DNA of 64,000 nucleotides. Origin: Bugula neritina (Eukaryota; Animalia; Bryozoa). The notes under the pieces were generated by a model. The model had not been told where the DNA came from and ran no database searches. It worked only from the letters and a program-made list of their open reading frames with translations. Each line of letters starts with the position of its first letter. The stretch's first letter is position 1. The DNA lies in the NCBI GenBank assembly GCA_964035545.1, contig OZ037768.1, forward strand, positions 2,140,741-2,204,740, in the 5' to 3' direction. This document shows positions 1-12,197 of the stretch, piece by piece. Position numbers and translations under genes: made by a program.

Positions 1-59
1 GAGACATAGTGCTGAATAGACTATCTCATGCTGTTCAGTCTCCAATAGCTGCTACATGC
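1..59 (+). ncRNA. 3' hairpin and ACA box of an intronic H/ACA snoRNA (copy 1, cut by the window edge), SNORA23-like
   Basis: Positions 1-75 nearly duplicate 477-551. Upper stem GCTGAATAG/CTGTTCAGT, pocket strands CATAGT and CTCCAA, ACA at 54-56. Confidence 0.7.
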
Positions 60-132
60 TACCAATGCTAGAGTTTCATGATGTTGATATGGTCTGGAAT
101 GTCCTATACTAAGTAGTGTGGATTACTTGTAG

Positions 133-2773
133 GACTACAACGATGAGATATTCACTGAGCAGATGATGGTACTGGAGCAGGAGAGCGGGCACAATAAGAA
201 CTACACTGGAAACAGGGGTGCGCGCGGTAGAGGTGGCAACAGGGGAATGATGCAAGGCCGCGGGGGCAGAGGTGGAAACATGATGGCACGAGGGGGTATG
301 AGAGGTAAGTGTGTAGTTGGAGAGATTTCCTGAGAATGTAGACCAGACTAAGGTGTGCTGTTACCACGGTTACCAGTAGCCTGTGTACCTAGAACAGCTG
401 TGAGTGGGTACTGGTGGTGTTTTATCACTGATACTCTCTACGCACCCAGTGTCAAGGTCTAAGATGAATATAGGCAGAGACATAGTGCTGAATAGACTAT
501 CTTATGCTGTTCAGTCTCCAATAGCTGCTACACGCTACCAATGCTAGAGTTGTGTCACCAGAGCACCTATTTGCACTGCTTTGCTTCTGCAACTCGCAAG
601 CCCAGTGTTGCATGCTCTACTCTAGATAGGCTGTACTTCAACATTAACTCTTACAGCAGAAATGTGTGCTCTCCTTAAACCTGAATTTTCATCTTGCAAG
701 TTCATGAGTTTCAAGTTGACTGACTCCACTACTTTGCTTGATTGTGCTAAAGGTCACTCAACTTACATGATTTCCTTAGGAAAGTCGGCTGCTTTCTTTT
801 GCTTGCTTAATTACTTTATAATTTCCCACACTTGTGTTAAATGGACGTAGTTAGAAGCCCAGGTCAGGCTTAGCCCTGACTATCTCTGCCCCCAATCTTT
901 GTCACTAGTAACTCACCGCCGGCTGCGGCCGCACCGCCTCCATCAATCAATGTCCGGCAGCAGTCAGTCAACTAGAAACCCAGAGCCCATCTCCTCCGTC
1001 TCCAGTGCAGAATGTCCTTGTGTCTGTTCTACAGGTGGTGGCATGATGAGGGGTGCTGGCGGATCTCGAGGAGTTCGAGGTAATATGATGAGAGGGCGGG
1101 GTATGCATCGGCCAGCAGCCATTGGCCCCTCCCACAACTCTGACACTCTGTACGAAGACGTGTACGAACCCATCTCATCAGCATCCTTCACTAACTCTTT
1201 CGCTGAGAATGGTGGGCTGGCCGGCAGCCTTGGTGTAGGCAGCGGTGGTGGCAACTCGTACTTTGATGAGTTCCCTGAACCGATTAGTGACAATAGATTG
1301 GGGGGTCTAGAGTTTGCCCGCAACGCTCAGCGGAGTGTTCCAGCGAAACCCATGAGGTTTAACCACAGCCACATGTCCAGTTTACAGAGCATTCACCAGA
1401 AAGCCTTTTAGTCATGCATGTGTGCACTTCATTCGAATTCTATTTTCCCTGGCTTCTATTATGTTGAGTTAATATTTTACTTTTTGTACAGTGTCGTGTT
1501 TTTAAACTCTGTAGAGTTTTTGTGACCTTGATGTTAAACCTGATTTGGTTTTATCGTACTTGTTGCAAACATAATGAACCATTTTTTACGCAAATGAAAT
1601 TTTAGGGCAATGCTTTATAGACGTGTGAATCATGTAGAATAAACAGTTGGGTTTATAATCTGAACTTTAATTTAAATATTATTGCGGTATCAATGTACAT
1701 TTTGATATATGAAATGTAGCCCACTTTGGTGCAAAGCAAGTAATGTAAATACCTTGATTTTCTATTCATTGTTGATGCGAAACTCAACTATTTTGTGTTT
1801 TATATATATTTTCTACTTTTTGAATGTGTCAATTCGAGAGAACTTGAAATAAATTTTGTGTACATAATTTAAATAATTTTTCTATCGAGTCTGGCATTGT
1901 TTTCAACATTAGCAATTTGGTTGTGTGTACACATAAAGTGCACAATAAACAATGGTGTTGCTCCTCATTGAGTCTGGCCTGGGCTTCTTTATTTCTTTTC
2001 ATCTTATCTCAGTTTTTTGTTGTGCTTTCTACTGCAATTTTCTAAACATAGATGAGGCATAATATTTGAGTTGTGAGACATTTGAAGCTACTTGGAGATG
2101 GTAGGCTATCTAACCTGTTGAGGGTATCACTAGAATAGATAACTCCTGTGTGCTTGTTGAATTGGTAAAAAGTCGGCGAGAGTTGTCTGTTCTCTTGGGT
2201 CAGTTTGAAGTTCAGTGTTAGAGTAGCAGCTGGTCAGAGTTGCCTCTCCATTGACTAGTTGAATATAGTTGTTACCAGAGTAACGTGCACTCTAGTCAGC
2301 TTATTTACAATGGTGTCTTAGTAAGTCAATTCTGATACAGCTTGTGATCTTTTCTGTTTGTAGGAGGATTTGGTGATGGCATGAACGGAATGAGTATGGG
2401 AGGGGGCAACATGGGGGGCATGGGTGGAGGTATGAATAATATGGGGGGCATGGGTGGAGGTATGAACAATATGGGTGGTATGGGTATGGGCAACATGGGG
2501 GGCATGGGTGGAGGTATGAATAATATGGGGGGCATGGGTGGAGGTATGGGAAACATGGGGGGCATGGGTGGTCGTATGGGCAATATGGGGGGCATGGGTG
2601 GAGGTATGAATAATATGGGCAACATGGGGATGAATGACATGAGTGGTAATGATGGTGGAATGGGTGAAGATATGGGCCTAATGGGAATGACAGCCACATC
2701 TGTCGGCACTGCTATGAAGAGAAGTTTTGGAGATGATGAATACGAACAGGAGTCTAAATTCAGCCGCTTTTGA
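133..2773 (+). CDS. KHDRBS: 3' part of a KHDRBS/Sam68/SLM-family STAR RNA-binding protein. Exon 133-304, then alternative terminal exons 1035-1411 (or 909-1411) and 2364-2773.
   Basis: Exon 133-304 reads DYNDEIFTEQMMVLEQESG...RGARGRGGNRG, resembling the QUA2 motif PDYNDEIRQEQ of KHDRBS2/3 followed by RGG boxes. It ends in phase 1 at AG|GTAAGT. Acceptors before 909, 1035 and 2364 all restore phase 1 into open frames. AATAAA follows both terminal exons. Confidence 0.75.
339..535 (+). ncRNA. Intronic box H/ACA snoRNA (copy 2), SNORA23/ACA23-like, predicted guide for pseudouridine in 28S rRNA helix 69
   Basis: 5' hairpin closed by TAGACC(339)/GGTCTA(461). H box AGATGA at 462-467. 3' hairpin has lower stem GGCAG/CTGCT and upper stem GCTGAATAG/CTGTTCAGT. 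ACA at 530-532 lies 14 nt from the pocket apex. Pocket strands CATAGT and CTCC are complementary to GGAG-(U)A-ACUAUG of 28S H69. Confidence 0.75.
2381..2640 (+). repeat. Coding tandem repeat (GGMGGGMNNM-like units, 30 bp) in the distal terminal exon
   Basis: Repeated ATGGGGGGCATGGGTGGAGGTATGAATAAT units; gives a Gly/Met/Asn low-complexity tail. Confidence 0.9.
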
Positions 2774-5700
2774 TCCAGGTTAGCCCAACTTTTGTATCAA
2801 CACAATGGTGGGCAGTTGAGGCTGCATTTCATGTGTAGATGTGAAGCCAGGAAACCATAGTATTAATAGTGGGGGGGGGGGTGTTGGCATCTCATTATAC
2901 TAACATGTTGTAGTTAATCAGGTTAACATTTTAAGTGGACTTGTGCTGTGGTTTGTATTCATGTCCTATCAAGTATCACTAGTAAACTAATACTACTAGT
3001 TAATGTAATTCAGTTTCTTAATTAATATCTCATTGTAGCTTTTCTCCAGGTCAAGAGGAGCTGTATTAATTCACTGTGGATCTGTAATAAAGCTGTAAAG
3101 ATTAAAGACCGTTAAAATAGTATAAAAGCTGAAAAATGATTAACTAGCCATCTCTGTATAAACAGCTATTTAATATAAACATTACTTTTACTTAGAGTGA
3201 AACGACAAGTGAGACTTATAATATTAATTAATGATTTTATATTTTAATAATTTAGTACAGTTGATTTTCACTTTCTTTGTAATTTCTACTAAACACTATA
3301 CTTGACTTTACTGTACATATATATTGGTAAACTAAATTTCCATTTAAACAATAAACTTGTAAATAATCTCATTCTCTAATAAATTGAATTAAAAATAATC
3401 GAATTAAATATTAATTATTTTTGGTGCAGTGATAATAGTTTAAAATTAAGATTTGTCTGCTCTGTGTGTCTGCATGTTATTCTCTAATTAGTTCTCAAGA
3501 TAGCAAAGGTAACGTATCAGGTGATCAGTCGGATTGTTTAGTACTTAGGAGTTGTAATACCATTATCTAGACACAGGTTGGCCTATTGTTTTATTGACAT
3601 TTATGTGTTGCTATTGAACTGAGCAAGTAATATTTTATATATAAGGAATTGTCTCTCTATAGGTTAACGAGAAGGAGGTTTAGAGCTAATTAGTCTGGCA
3701 TTTAGAAGTAATTTAAATGGAAAATTTATAAAAAAAAGGGTAGCTGCGGTATTAATTCACTTGTAAGTTTATATCATTTGAAAACATGGATTTACTCAAT
3801 CAGTTGACATAAAGCAAGTATGTAGGCTGCAAACACACATAAGAGCCGAATACATTCACGCAATATGTAGCTTCCTATAGTATAAAACATGGTTTCATGG
3901 TGTGTACACTTACAAGTTATATACAACAAATGAATATCAAGTTTTAAGCCTCATCGGTTTTTTGCTTCTGCTAAACAGGAAATAAAATATGTTACCTGTT
4001 TAAATAAGACAATTGTTAGCAGCAGCTGACTCTATATGCATGCAGTTGAGCACTACAAATTGGTGTGCAGAGTACGTCTAGGCTCAGATCAGCTGAGCAT
4101 GCACTTAGCTGCCTCCATCAAGTCTTGAATACAAAAGTACAATTTCTTCTCAAGTGCTGAAAATATTTCTCTGCTATTGAGACAAGGATGCATAGCTCTA
4201 ACTCTACATTCCACTGCAAACCCTGCAAACCTATACAGTCTTGCATAGACTAGGTTTACTTTCTTTGTGCAGGTTATAATAACTCCTAGTTGTTTAAACA
4301 ATGATAAAGGCAAATTGCTGAGTAGCTATACCGCTTGTCTTAAACCATTGATAAAATTGACCTCAATTATTTACCATGTTTACTGTACAAAAGCTATTTT
4401 CATAATTTTGATATCCTTTAATATTCAACAAGTGTTGGAGTTTTGGCTAGACTGAAGGCAGCTTTTTAGCTCAACTCGAGTCATTGTACTATTTTTGGAA
4501 GGCATTTTGGAGATAGCAAATCTATTTAGATGTTATTGCTTGAGCAGTTTTATACTATGTAGATATATCCATACATTGCTAGTCATATTTTTTGGCAGTA
4601 TGAAAAGAAATGGAAAATTGTTATTTGCATTTCTTCGCATGGAAAGTGGACATCAACAGGTTACCTGTTGTCCACTTTGTGTGAGGATGGTGTGTCAGAT
4701 ACTTCTATAGATAATTTGATGTAAGCAAGAACTGGATCGAATACCAGAAATAAATGTTGAACTGATGAATCGTTTAGGTTTGAATGAATAGAGAGAGCCA
4801 GTAGTTTATAGGAAATAAGTATTGACACAACTGATGAAAATGTTTATTAAATAAAACGATTGTATCTTCCGGCCTTTTAAATTTCAACAGAAAATTATTT
4901 TTGGAAAAAAAATTATTTTTGTTATGCAACTACTGATTGGTTAATTAATTTCTGTCTTGGATTAGTTGTAAGAAAACTAACAATTTGATCTATAAAGACG
5001 TTAAATTGAATAAGATATGCATATACAAACTATATGTGAAGTCTCTCGTGTCACTTGCATGTAGGTGACAGATGTGCCAACAGACGTATTATATCTACTA
5101 ATAGAGTTCTCATGCCATGCTGTCCATGGAGGTTGTAGACTGTATGCTGCAGGTGCATCTTTCACGTTGCTTAGTCAGTCTAGAACTTCAGCTCTGCAGA
5201 AACCAGAAGTGAGCATTTTCATATCCTCATCATAAAGTTCTTCTGCAGCATACTTGTTCTCTTTTCAGATCTCCAGAGCAAGAGTTTAGGCCAGAGTTAT
5301 GCTATAAGTATTCAGGGCCATACATAGAATGAGTGCTGTGTGGTGCTGCATATATCAATAGACTTATGTAAGTATGCTTTCTAAATGTTTAGATTAAATG
5401 CTTAAGAGTTGTGTACTCATGTTTATTAGCGGGCATGAATAGTGGGCATTCTTACCATATGCAGGTTCTAACAGATCTTCTGTAGTGACGGAGTAAAACA
5501 GTTGGCAGAATATAGAAACCAACATAATATGATGGTGCAAGTGTACGGAAGTTCACGCTATTGGATGGTTGCAATACAACTGTGTTTAGGCGTTTGCATC
5601 TGCAATTGAGGTTATGTGTGGATGATGAAATGAAGTGAATATTCACAGTATTTGGCCTATCACAAGTGATTTTTATATATCCAAAGGAATGCAACTGTAT

Positions 5701-6229
5701 TACCATCAATTTACATGCATATAGTACATATAATAAAATAGCTATTTTGTGTTCTAAAACTGACTAAAAAGTGAAAGCTTGTTATTAATATTATATTGTG
5801 ATTCTGTGGTACTTCTTGTTTTACTCTAAATTGTATTGATTGCTATCTTTCTTGTTCAGACAATTAATAATTGTAGAGGAAAACACAAATTAGCCAATTT
5901 GGAAAGGTTGCTTCATTTGGCTTAGTAACAAAAATAACTTCAACATTAATATCTTTTGTCAAGTTTAATCAAATAAAATCTATGTTGTAGATAGATATTC
6001 TTTAAAATACAAGCAATGCCTTACTTGAGATTTTCAAATTCTGAGGTTAATTAGAAACTAGTGCAAGTTTTATGCTAAATTTAGAACTTATTTTAATTTT
6101 GTTTTTCTGATTATATCATCAATCTTGTATATCCTCTCGATAAAGGAAAAAAAACAAAATATATAAAAATATAGATTGAAAAACAATCAACGATTTTCTT
6201 GTATTGTAATATAAATATACAACACTATC

Positions 6230-9200
6230 TCAAGGTTGGGGAGCAGATAGGTATAGCATGTTCAGCCTGCAGTGGAGTGAAAATGTCACATAAACTGTGT
6301 CCATTCTGAAGGTGAAGGTTAAACAGATCCTCAGCAGATTTCCCTTCCACCCATCCATTGATTTGCCTGCAACACAACTAACACTCTTCATGCAAGGAGT
6401 TTACCAGAGTGTCAATTATTGCAGCAATCAGTTGCAGTTTTAAGAATTAGATTAATACGCAGTGATAATATTAGGGCAATGTTTGAGTTCTCTCCTTAGA
6501 CTTAGTGTTATAAAATTGTTGCTTCTTGCTCAACTTATTGATTTATATAATGGAACTCTTGATTTACCCATTGAATCCGGCCACATAGTAAATCTTGGGT
6601 TTGGGCATTCCACTGAAAGAAGAACTAAGAGCTGTACTGTATGCTCCCATATCCTTAAAAGTGATCCAATCACCATCAAACAGTTCTGGGAGAAGCACAT
6701 CATCTAAAATCTTATCCTCTGCATTGGCAACTGGACCCCAGATGGTTGAAAAATATAGCTTATCAACAGGCTGGTTGAATGCTAGAATAAAATCGCCAGA
6801 CAAGTTATAAAATGTATAATGAGATGTTAAATAATCGATCATTTTGAGAAAAGTTTACAATACTTACTAGCAACACTTGGTGGTTGATCTGATTTTTTAA
6901 GCAACAACTCAAAGAAGGAACCAAAGGCACCATCATTGATGTAATACTCCATCTTACAAGCTGAACCATCTTCTTGTTCAACAACTCGCTTAGCAATAAC
7001 ATGTACAGTGAGAGTATAGCCACTGGCGGCAAAGAATCTGCCAGGTTCAGATATAATCTCTACTCCACAGCCAACAGGGAAATGCTCATCAATAGCCCCA
7101 TTTAGTTCCACTGCAATCTGTAACAACCAGATGACAATCGACCTTCACAGTTTACATACTCTGATCATGAAGTCAATGCTTCAAATGTAACTGTCCACAC
7201 TCAATGGTATTTTCTACATGCTAAACTGACATGCACTAAATATTTCAACATGGTACCAAATAAAGACAGTACTGAATTCACAGCTGAAAATAACTGCCCC
7301 CACTGGGATTCGAACCCAAGACCTCCAGCCTGCAAGCCAGTGTGCTAACCATTACACCATGAGGACTACTGGGTAGTCACAACACTGCAACAGCTAGTTA
7401 AAAAGCTGCACGCAGATATGTCTGAATGTAGACTGTCGAGCAAATTTAGAGTTCCAAGATTAGTTGTACCTCTTCAATGGTGATCTGAGCTACTGAAGTT
7501 CCAGGAAAACCACCGCCAACATCCAGCAATTTCATGTCAAAACTGTAAGACAAGCCCACATCAAATGCTTTTCTTGCATCTCCCACTGCCTTGCGAAATG
7601 CAGTTGGATCATAGCAGCCGGTTCCCACATGGAAACTATTACAGTAGAAGAGCATCTCGCATGACTTAATGTTTACTTTAAAGATGAAACTAAGCAGCTG
7701 AAGAATTTATAAGTTCACAGTAAGGCTTTGTAAAATCAACTGCCTTAAAACTACCTGACTCCAACAACTTTTAGCTTGAGTTCCTGAGCTAGACGAAGGA
7801 GCTTGGGCACATCATCAGCTTTACACCCGAACTTGTCACCCATAGTCCACCGGACTTTTTCTGTAGGTTGTGGCAAAAGTCTTATAACCAAGCTATAAAC
7901 ACACTATAAATATGATAATTTGGAGAAATTTATTTCAAATAGAAATTGAATAAAATACAGCCCTATAAAAAAAAATTCATTCAAGTATATATAATTAATA
8001 ATGATGTAATGTGTAATGTTGAGACCATAAATAGAAATGTTGATAAGTTGTCACACTTACGTGCACTTGATTCATGAAGTCTGTCAATCACCAAACACTT
8101 CGGTTTTAATGAGTTTTATGCAGACACACTGTACACTATACATTGTACACTATACATTGTACACTATACATTGTACACTATACATTGTACACTATACATT
8201 GTACACTATACATTGTACACTATACATTGTACACTATACATTGTACACTATACATTGTACACTACACATTGTACACTGTACATTGTACATTGACTATAAT
8301 TATAGAGAATGTATAATGCTTCTGCATAAAGTTGCTTCATTCTGGCAACACCTCATCTCCAAAAGATTCTAACCTTGCAGTTGGAAAGCAGCGTTGTATT
8401 TTCCTCAACTCTGCCTCATTGTCAAAAGTCATCAAATCTACTCCAACTTCCTGGGAATAGCAGATGCTGCTGACCTGTTTGCAAGGATGTGCATAAATGA
8501 TTTGATCTGCAGTCACTCCTAGAGCCAACATTGTTTGTATCTCAGCCTACAATAGTTCCATTAGGAGTTGTGTTCTACCAATAGGAACTTTGTATTGGCA
8601 CTTTCAATAAGCACCAAACCAGGAGGCATAACTCCAATATTCATCAAAGCTGTTGAGGTTGTACTAAATAACACTGAGAGATGTTGTTATTTAAACCGAA
8701 TTTAATGTAACAACTTGGTACTTTTATTTACATTATTTAGTTTGAATATTTAATTTTATGCAACATTATTAGGGACTCCATTCACAGGGTTAAGGGTTAA
8801 GTGCAGAGTATGCAGTGTTAAACTATATCTAAGAAATTATCAAAATTTATGTAAGCATACCATATTACCCAAAACTTCGGTAGATTTGCAAAGCTTATGA
8901 ATTCTAGCACTGAAAGACAAATGGCAAACAGACTTTTCAACATTTCACTCTGGCCAAGTAGCTTGCAGCACTTTAAACAAGAGCTGATTTCATGCGTGGT
9001 TAGTTGTACTCATTATATGCCAGCTTTCCCATTAGCAAGTTTCAAGTTTCAAATGAATTTAATTGGTTGAATTTAATACAAAACTAAACAAATCATGTTG
9101 CTTTGAATGCTTTCCAACCAACAAGCAGGAATATGCATAATGAAATTGTTTTAAAATGTTTATTAATATTACTCTGTTTACCGTGACAACTGTAAAACCT

Positions 9201-10416
9201 TCACAATTTATTATGCTAGATATTAAACAACTTCAAGACTTAATTCATGCTATAATAATTCAAGAGTTCTAAGGCATGCTGACAATTTCTTTTTCCATAC
9301 ATCTGTATGCGGCAATGTCAGTATGATGAAGAAATCGGAAAAAGCCTGTGTTCATGTAGCAATGAAAATTAGGTTTTTGCAAGAATTTCAACTGCCCCAA
9401 ACCAAATTCTTTAAAAAATTAAAGAGCTTGAGCTGTTACCCAAATATACTATTGATTGATTCAAATTAGCTCCTGGCACCTACCTTACTAGCTACTGCAT
9501 GGTACCTACCTTATTGGCTGCTGGTACCTACTTTACTAGCTACTGCATGACACCTACCTTACTGGCTACTGGCACCTACCTTACTAGCTACTGGTACCTA
9601 CCTTACTGGCTACTGGTACCTACCTTACTGGCACAGTCAAACCCACAACCCAGCTGTACCAGGAGGTTCAACAGCACTGGATCAGGGTTACACTTGACAG
9701 CTGTAAAAAGATTTAAATTTTTAACAGATTTTATTCCACCAGCCAAACTGAGATTTAAAAATTTCAACAGTTGAATTAAAACAAATCTATGAGTTTCGCA
9801 CTAGAGTGTGCACCAACTGCAAAGTAAACTACTACAAACTGGGGACTAATTTCACATCTAACAGCCTAACATTACTATGTTCATGTCATGGTAAAGTTCT
9901 ACTAAGAGAATGAGACAATTATTACCATAAAAGGGTTTAATTCGAGGGAAGACCATTTTCCAAACTTTGTACTTTCTTGTCACATCACCAAGATCACATA
10001 TGAAGAAGGCATCGTCACTTTTCTAATGAATATACAGTAAAATCAGTAAAAGAAAGTTGACATGCCTTTGTTGAAGATTCAAAAGATAGACAATTTGTTC
10101 AACTCCCAAACACAGCCATCTGAATGTTATACTCAACTCTGGTCAAACACTGCAATGATAAGAAATATACAGATTAATTCTAACCCCTGGACTGTAAAGG
10201 ATTGCATACTGGATGCATTGGTATGTCATGGCTTCTATAATTCATGTTGTGAAATTGCTAAAAAAAGAGAAAAAAGAGAAGATAACTACTGCAACATTGA
10301 TTAGTTCATACTTCTACCTGCTGGACATGATCTCTAATCTTCTGGTCAATTACTTCAGGAATGGTCGAGCCTGGCTTCACAAAGTTAATGTCAGATTTCA
10401 ACAGTTGTGCAGCCAT
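6230..10416 (-). CDS. ODC-C: ornithine decarboxylase-like paralogue, divergent active site (WGPVANAED). Exons 10416-10318, 10022-9926, 9700-9624, 8546-8374, 7892-7755, 7635-7470, 7117-6868, 6781-6568, 6366-6230.
   Basis: GT-AG exons join into one open frame with [40 protein letters not shown] and MGAY. Exon structure is the same as in the two neighbouring paralogues. Confidence 0.9.
7295..7366 (-). pseudogene. tRNA-like sequence (tRNA pseudogene or tRNA-derived SINE head) in ODC-C intron
   Basis: GTCCTCATGGTGTAATGGTTAGCACACTGGCTTGCAGGCTGGAGGTCTTGGGTTCGAATCCCAGTGGGGGCA has A and B boxes and paired acceptor, D and T arms, but only a 6-nt anticodon loop. It is absent from the paralogous introns. 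Confidence 0.7.
8125..8292. repeat. 14-bp minisatellite (ACACTATACATTGT)n
   Basis: About 11 tandem copies; not present in the paralogous ODC-B intron. Confidence 0.95.
9478..9632 (-). repeat. 22/26-bp tandem repeat containing the exon end and 5' splice site (AGTAAG|GTAGGT)
   Basis: Plus-strand unit CCTACCTTACTGGCTACTGGTA, about 7 copies, starting at the exon boundary 9624. Confidence 0.9.
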
Positions 10417-11418
10417 CACCAGGTTTTAGTCTACACTCAGCTGGCTTTCAATAAAAAATGATTTTAACATCAATATTTTGTGTAATAAACAGGATGTTTA
10501 TATTTAGAACAATAATTGTTCTAAGCTAGCAGAAGTTTCTACAGCCGGCTGCATGGATTGAAGTGTACAGGTAGCAATACACCACTGATCTTATATGCAT
10601 CAGTAGTTATAGAATATAAAGTAATAGAAACATTACAACATGGCAAATTGGAAACAATGTTACATTTGGTACTGGGGGGCGGGGTTATCAAATACTTATT
10701 ACCTAATATAACACATAGACACAGTTATATTCTAAATATTTACATAATATATTCAATATAAATGTAACATTACGATGGTGTTGTACTAACCGGTGGTATT
10801 GTGTATAGAAGCTTCTTGTCTTCAGTCACGTCTGATTAGGACAAACTCTTGTGCAGAAAAAGTAAAGGACTTTGTTTCACAGCTGCCACAACAGTTCAAG
10901 GAGGGGCTCTCTCTTTTTCCCTTTGTAGCCAAAGCTCCGATACTCAACATAAAGATAAAATTCACGCAAGTAAAAAGTACCCTATAGCTAAAGAATGAAA
11001 TGCTATATCTTTAGGCTAGAATTCTCCTGGTACAAAAGTTCATAATAATCATGAACATATTATGTGAACGAATGAATGTTGTCCTTAGGCTAATTATTTA
11101 TCATCTGCTGCCGTTATATGTATGTCCTGTATATCGTTCAAGTGTCTATTTAATGTTGCTGATATAATATATAATACATTATGTATCCAAATAAAAAGAT
11201 TGTAAATATGAAAAGATAGAATACTTGTAAGTAATCAGCACAAAACACTGTTGAGCACTAACTCACATTGTAGGGTAGTTGAACGCTATGTATGTAGCAT
11301 ACTATATAGTAGCACAGCATACAAATTATCAGCTATAAAAAACTGCTTGAATACATCTATAGCATTATTGTGACAAGAAAACATTGTAAAATATCAAAAT
11401 AAATAAATAAAGTATTAC

Positions 11419-11494
11419 CTGAACCAATAGAACACTTTCAGCTCGAAAAGGAAGTATAAATTAACTCTGAAGATACAAAATAAGTTAATTTATA
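11419..11494 (-). promoter_or_regulatory. Putative TATA promoter and short non-coding first exon of ODC-C
   Basis: Minus strand: TATAAA (11494-11489), then TCTTCAGAGTT about 20-25 nt downstream, then donor CAG|GTAATA at 11419. The block is conserved upstream of ODC-B (18136-18211). Confidence 0.6.
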
Positions 11495-12138
11495 GACATT
11501 CAGCAATATATTTTACATATCAAGAACCTCAACATTGGTAATATTATAAATACTTGGCAATGTGATTATAATTTCTCCTTTTATTGCTCTGCTAATCAGA
11601 CACAAACTCTGCAATGGACTAATACAAGGTTGAAACCTCATGTCATGCACACGTACATCTTTTCCGGCACTGTTTCTGTCAATATATTATTTTGGTTTTA
11701 GTCTGGAAGCAAGATATGAAATGAATTTTAAAGACCAATCAGAGTGCAGCTTACTTATAACTCCCTCATAAATTATTGTTCAAAAATGAGCATTTCTAAG
11801 GTATGTGCCAAAAAGGGATTTTTGGTGATGTTACTATTTAACAATAGCAACCAAAGGAGTTATTTGTCCTCCTACCAGTTTAGTGGCACAACTCCAAATG
11901 AAAGAATTAAATTCTGAGCTCAATCATAACTAGCCTCATTGTACATACTGCAATCAAATAAAAATATGTGAAACAAGCCTCTGTGCCCTACACTACTAAA
12001 CATCCTTGTAGAATAAAAGCATGCTAAACACTGATTCTGCATAATCTAAGGCTTCATTTAGACCGCACCATCAAACAAGTGCAATCAAATTAGGTTACTA
12101 TTACACGGCTACTGCAACAACTGGCTACATCGACATTT

Positions 12139-12144
<6 letters not shown>

Positions 12145-12195
<51 letters not shown>
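12145..12195. repeat. (TA)n microsatellite
   Basis: About 25 TA units; a second short TA run at 12292-12310. Confidence 0.95.

Positions 12196-12197
<2 letters not shown>

Noticed and set aside
2301-2709. Pro/Cys/His-rich minus-strand ORFs
   Set aside because: They are antisense shadows of the Gly/Met repeat exon on the plus strand.
3400-5900. Short ORFs in the KHDRBS-ODC-C intergenic region
   Set aside because: No recognisable motifs, no coherent splice chain, and AT-rich composition typical of non-coding DNA.
8037-8372. ORFs over repeats (also 26048-26403, 30052-30303, 43550-43819, 61782-62320, 62791-63081)
   Set aside because: Reading frames are open only because of minisatellite or low-complexity periodicity; any real coding parts are already assigned to exons.
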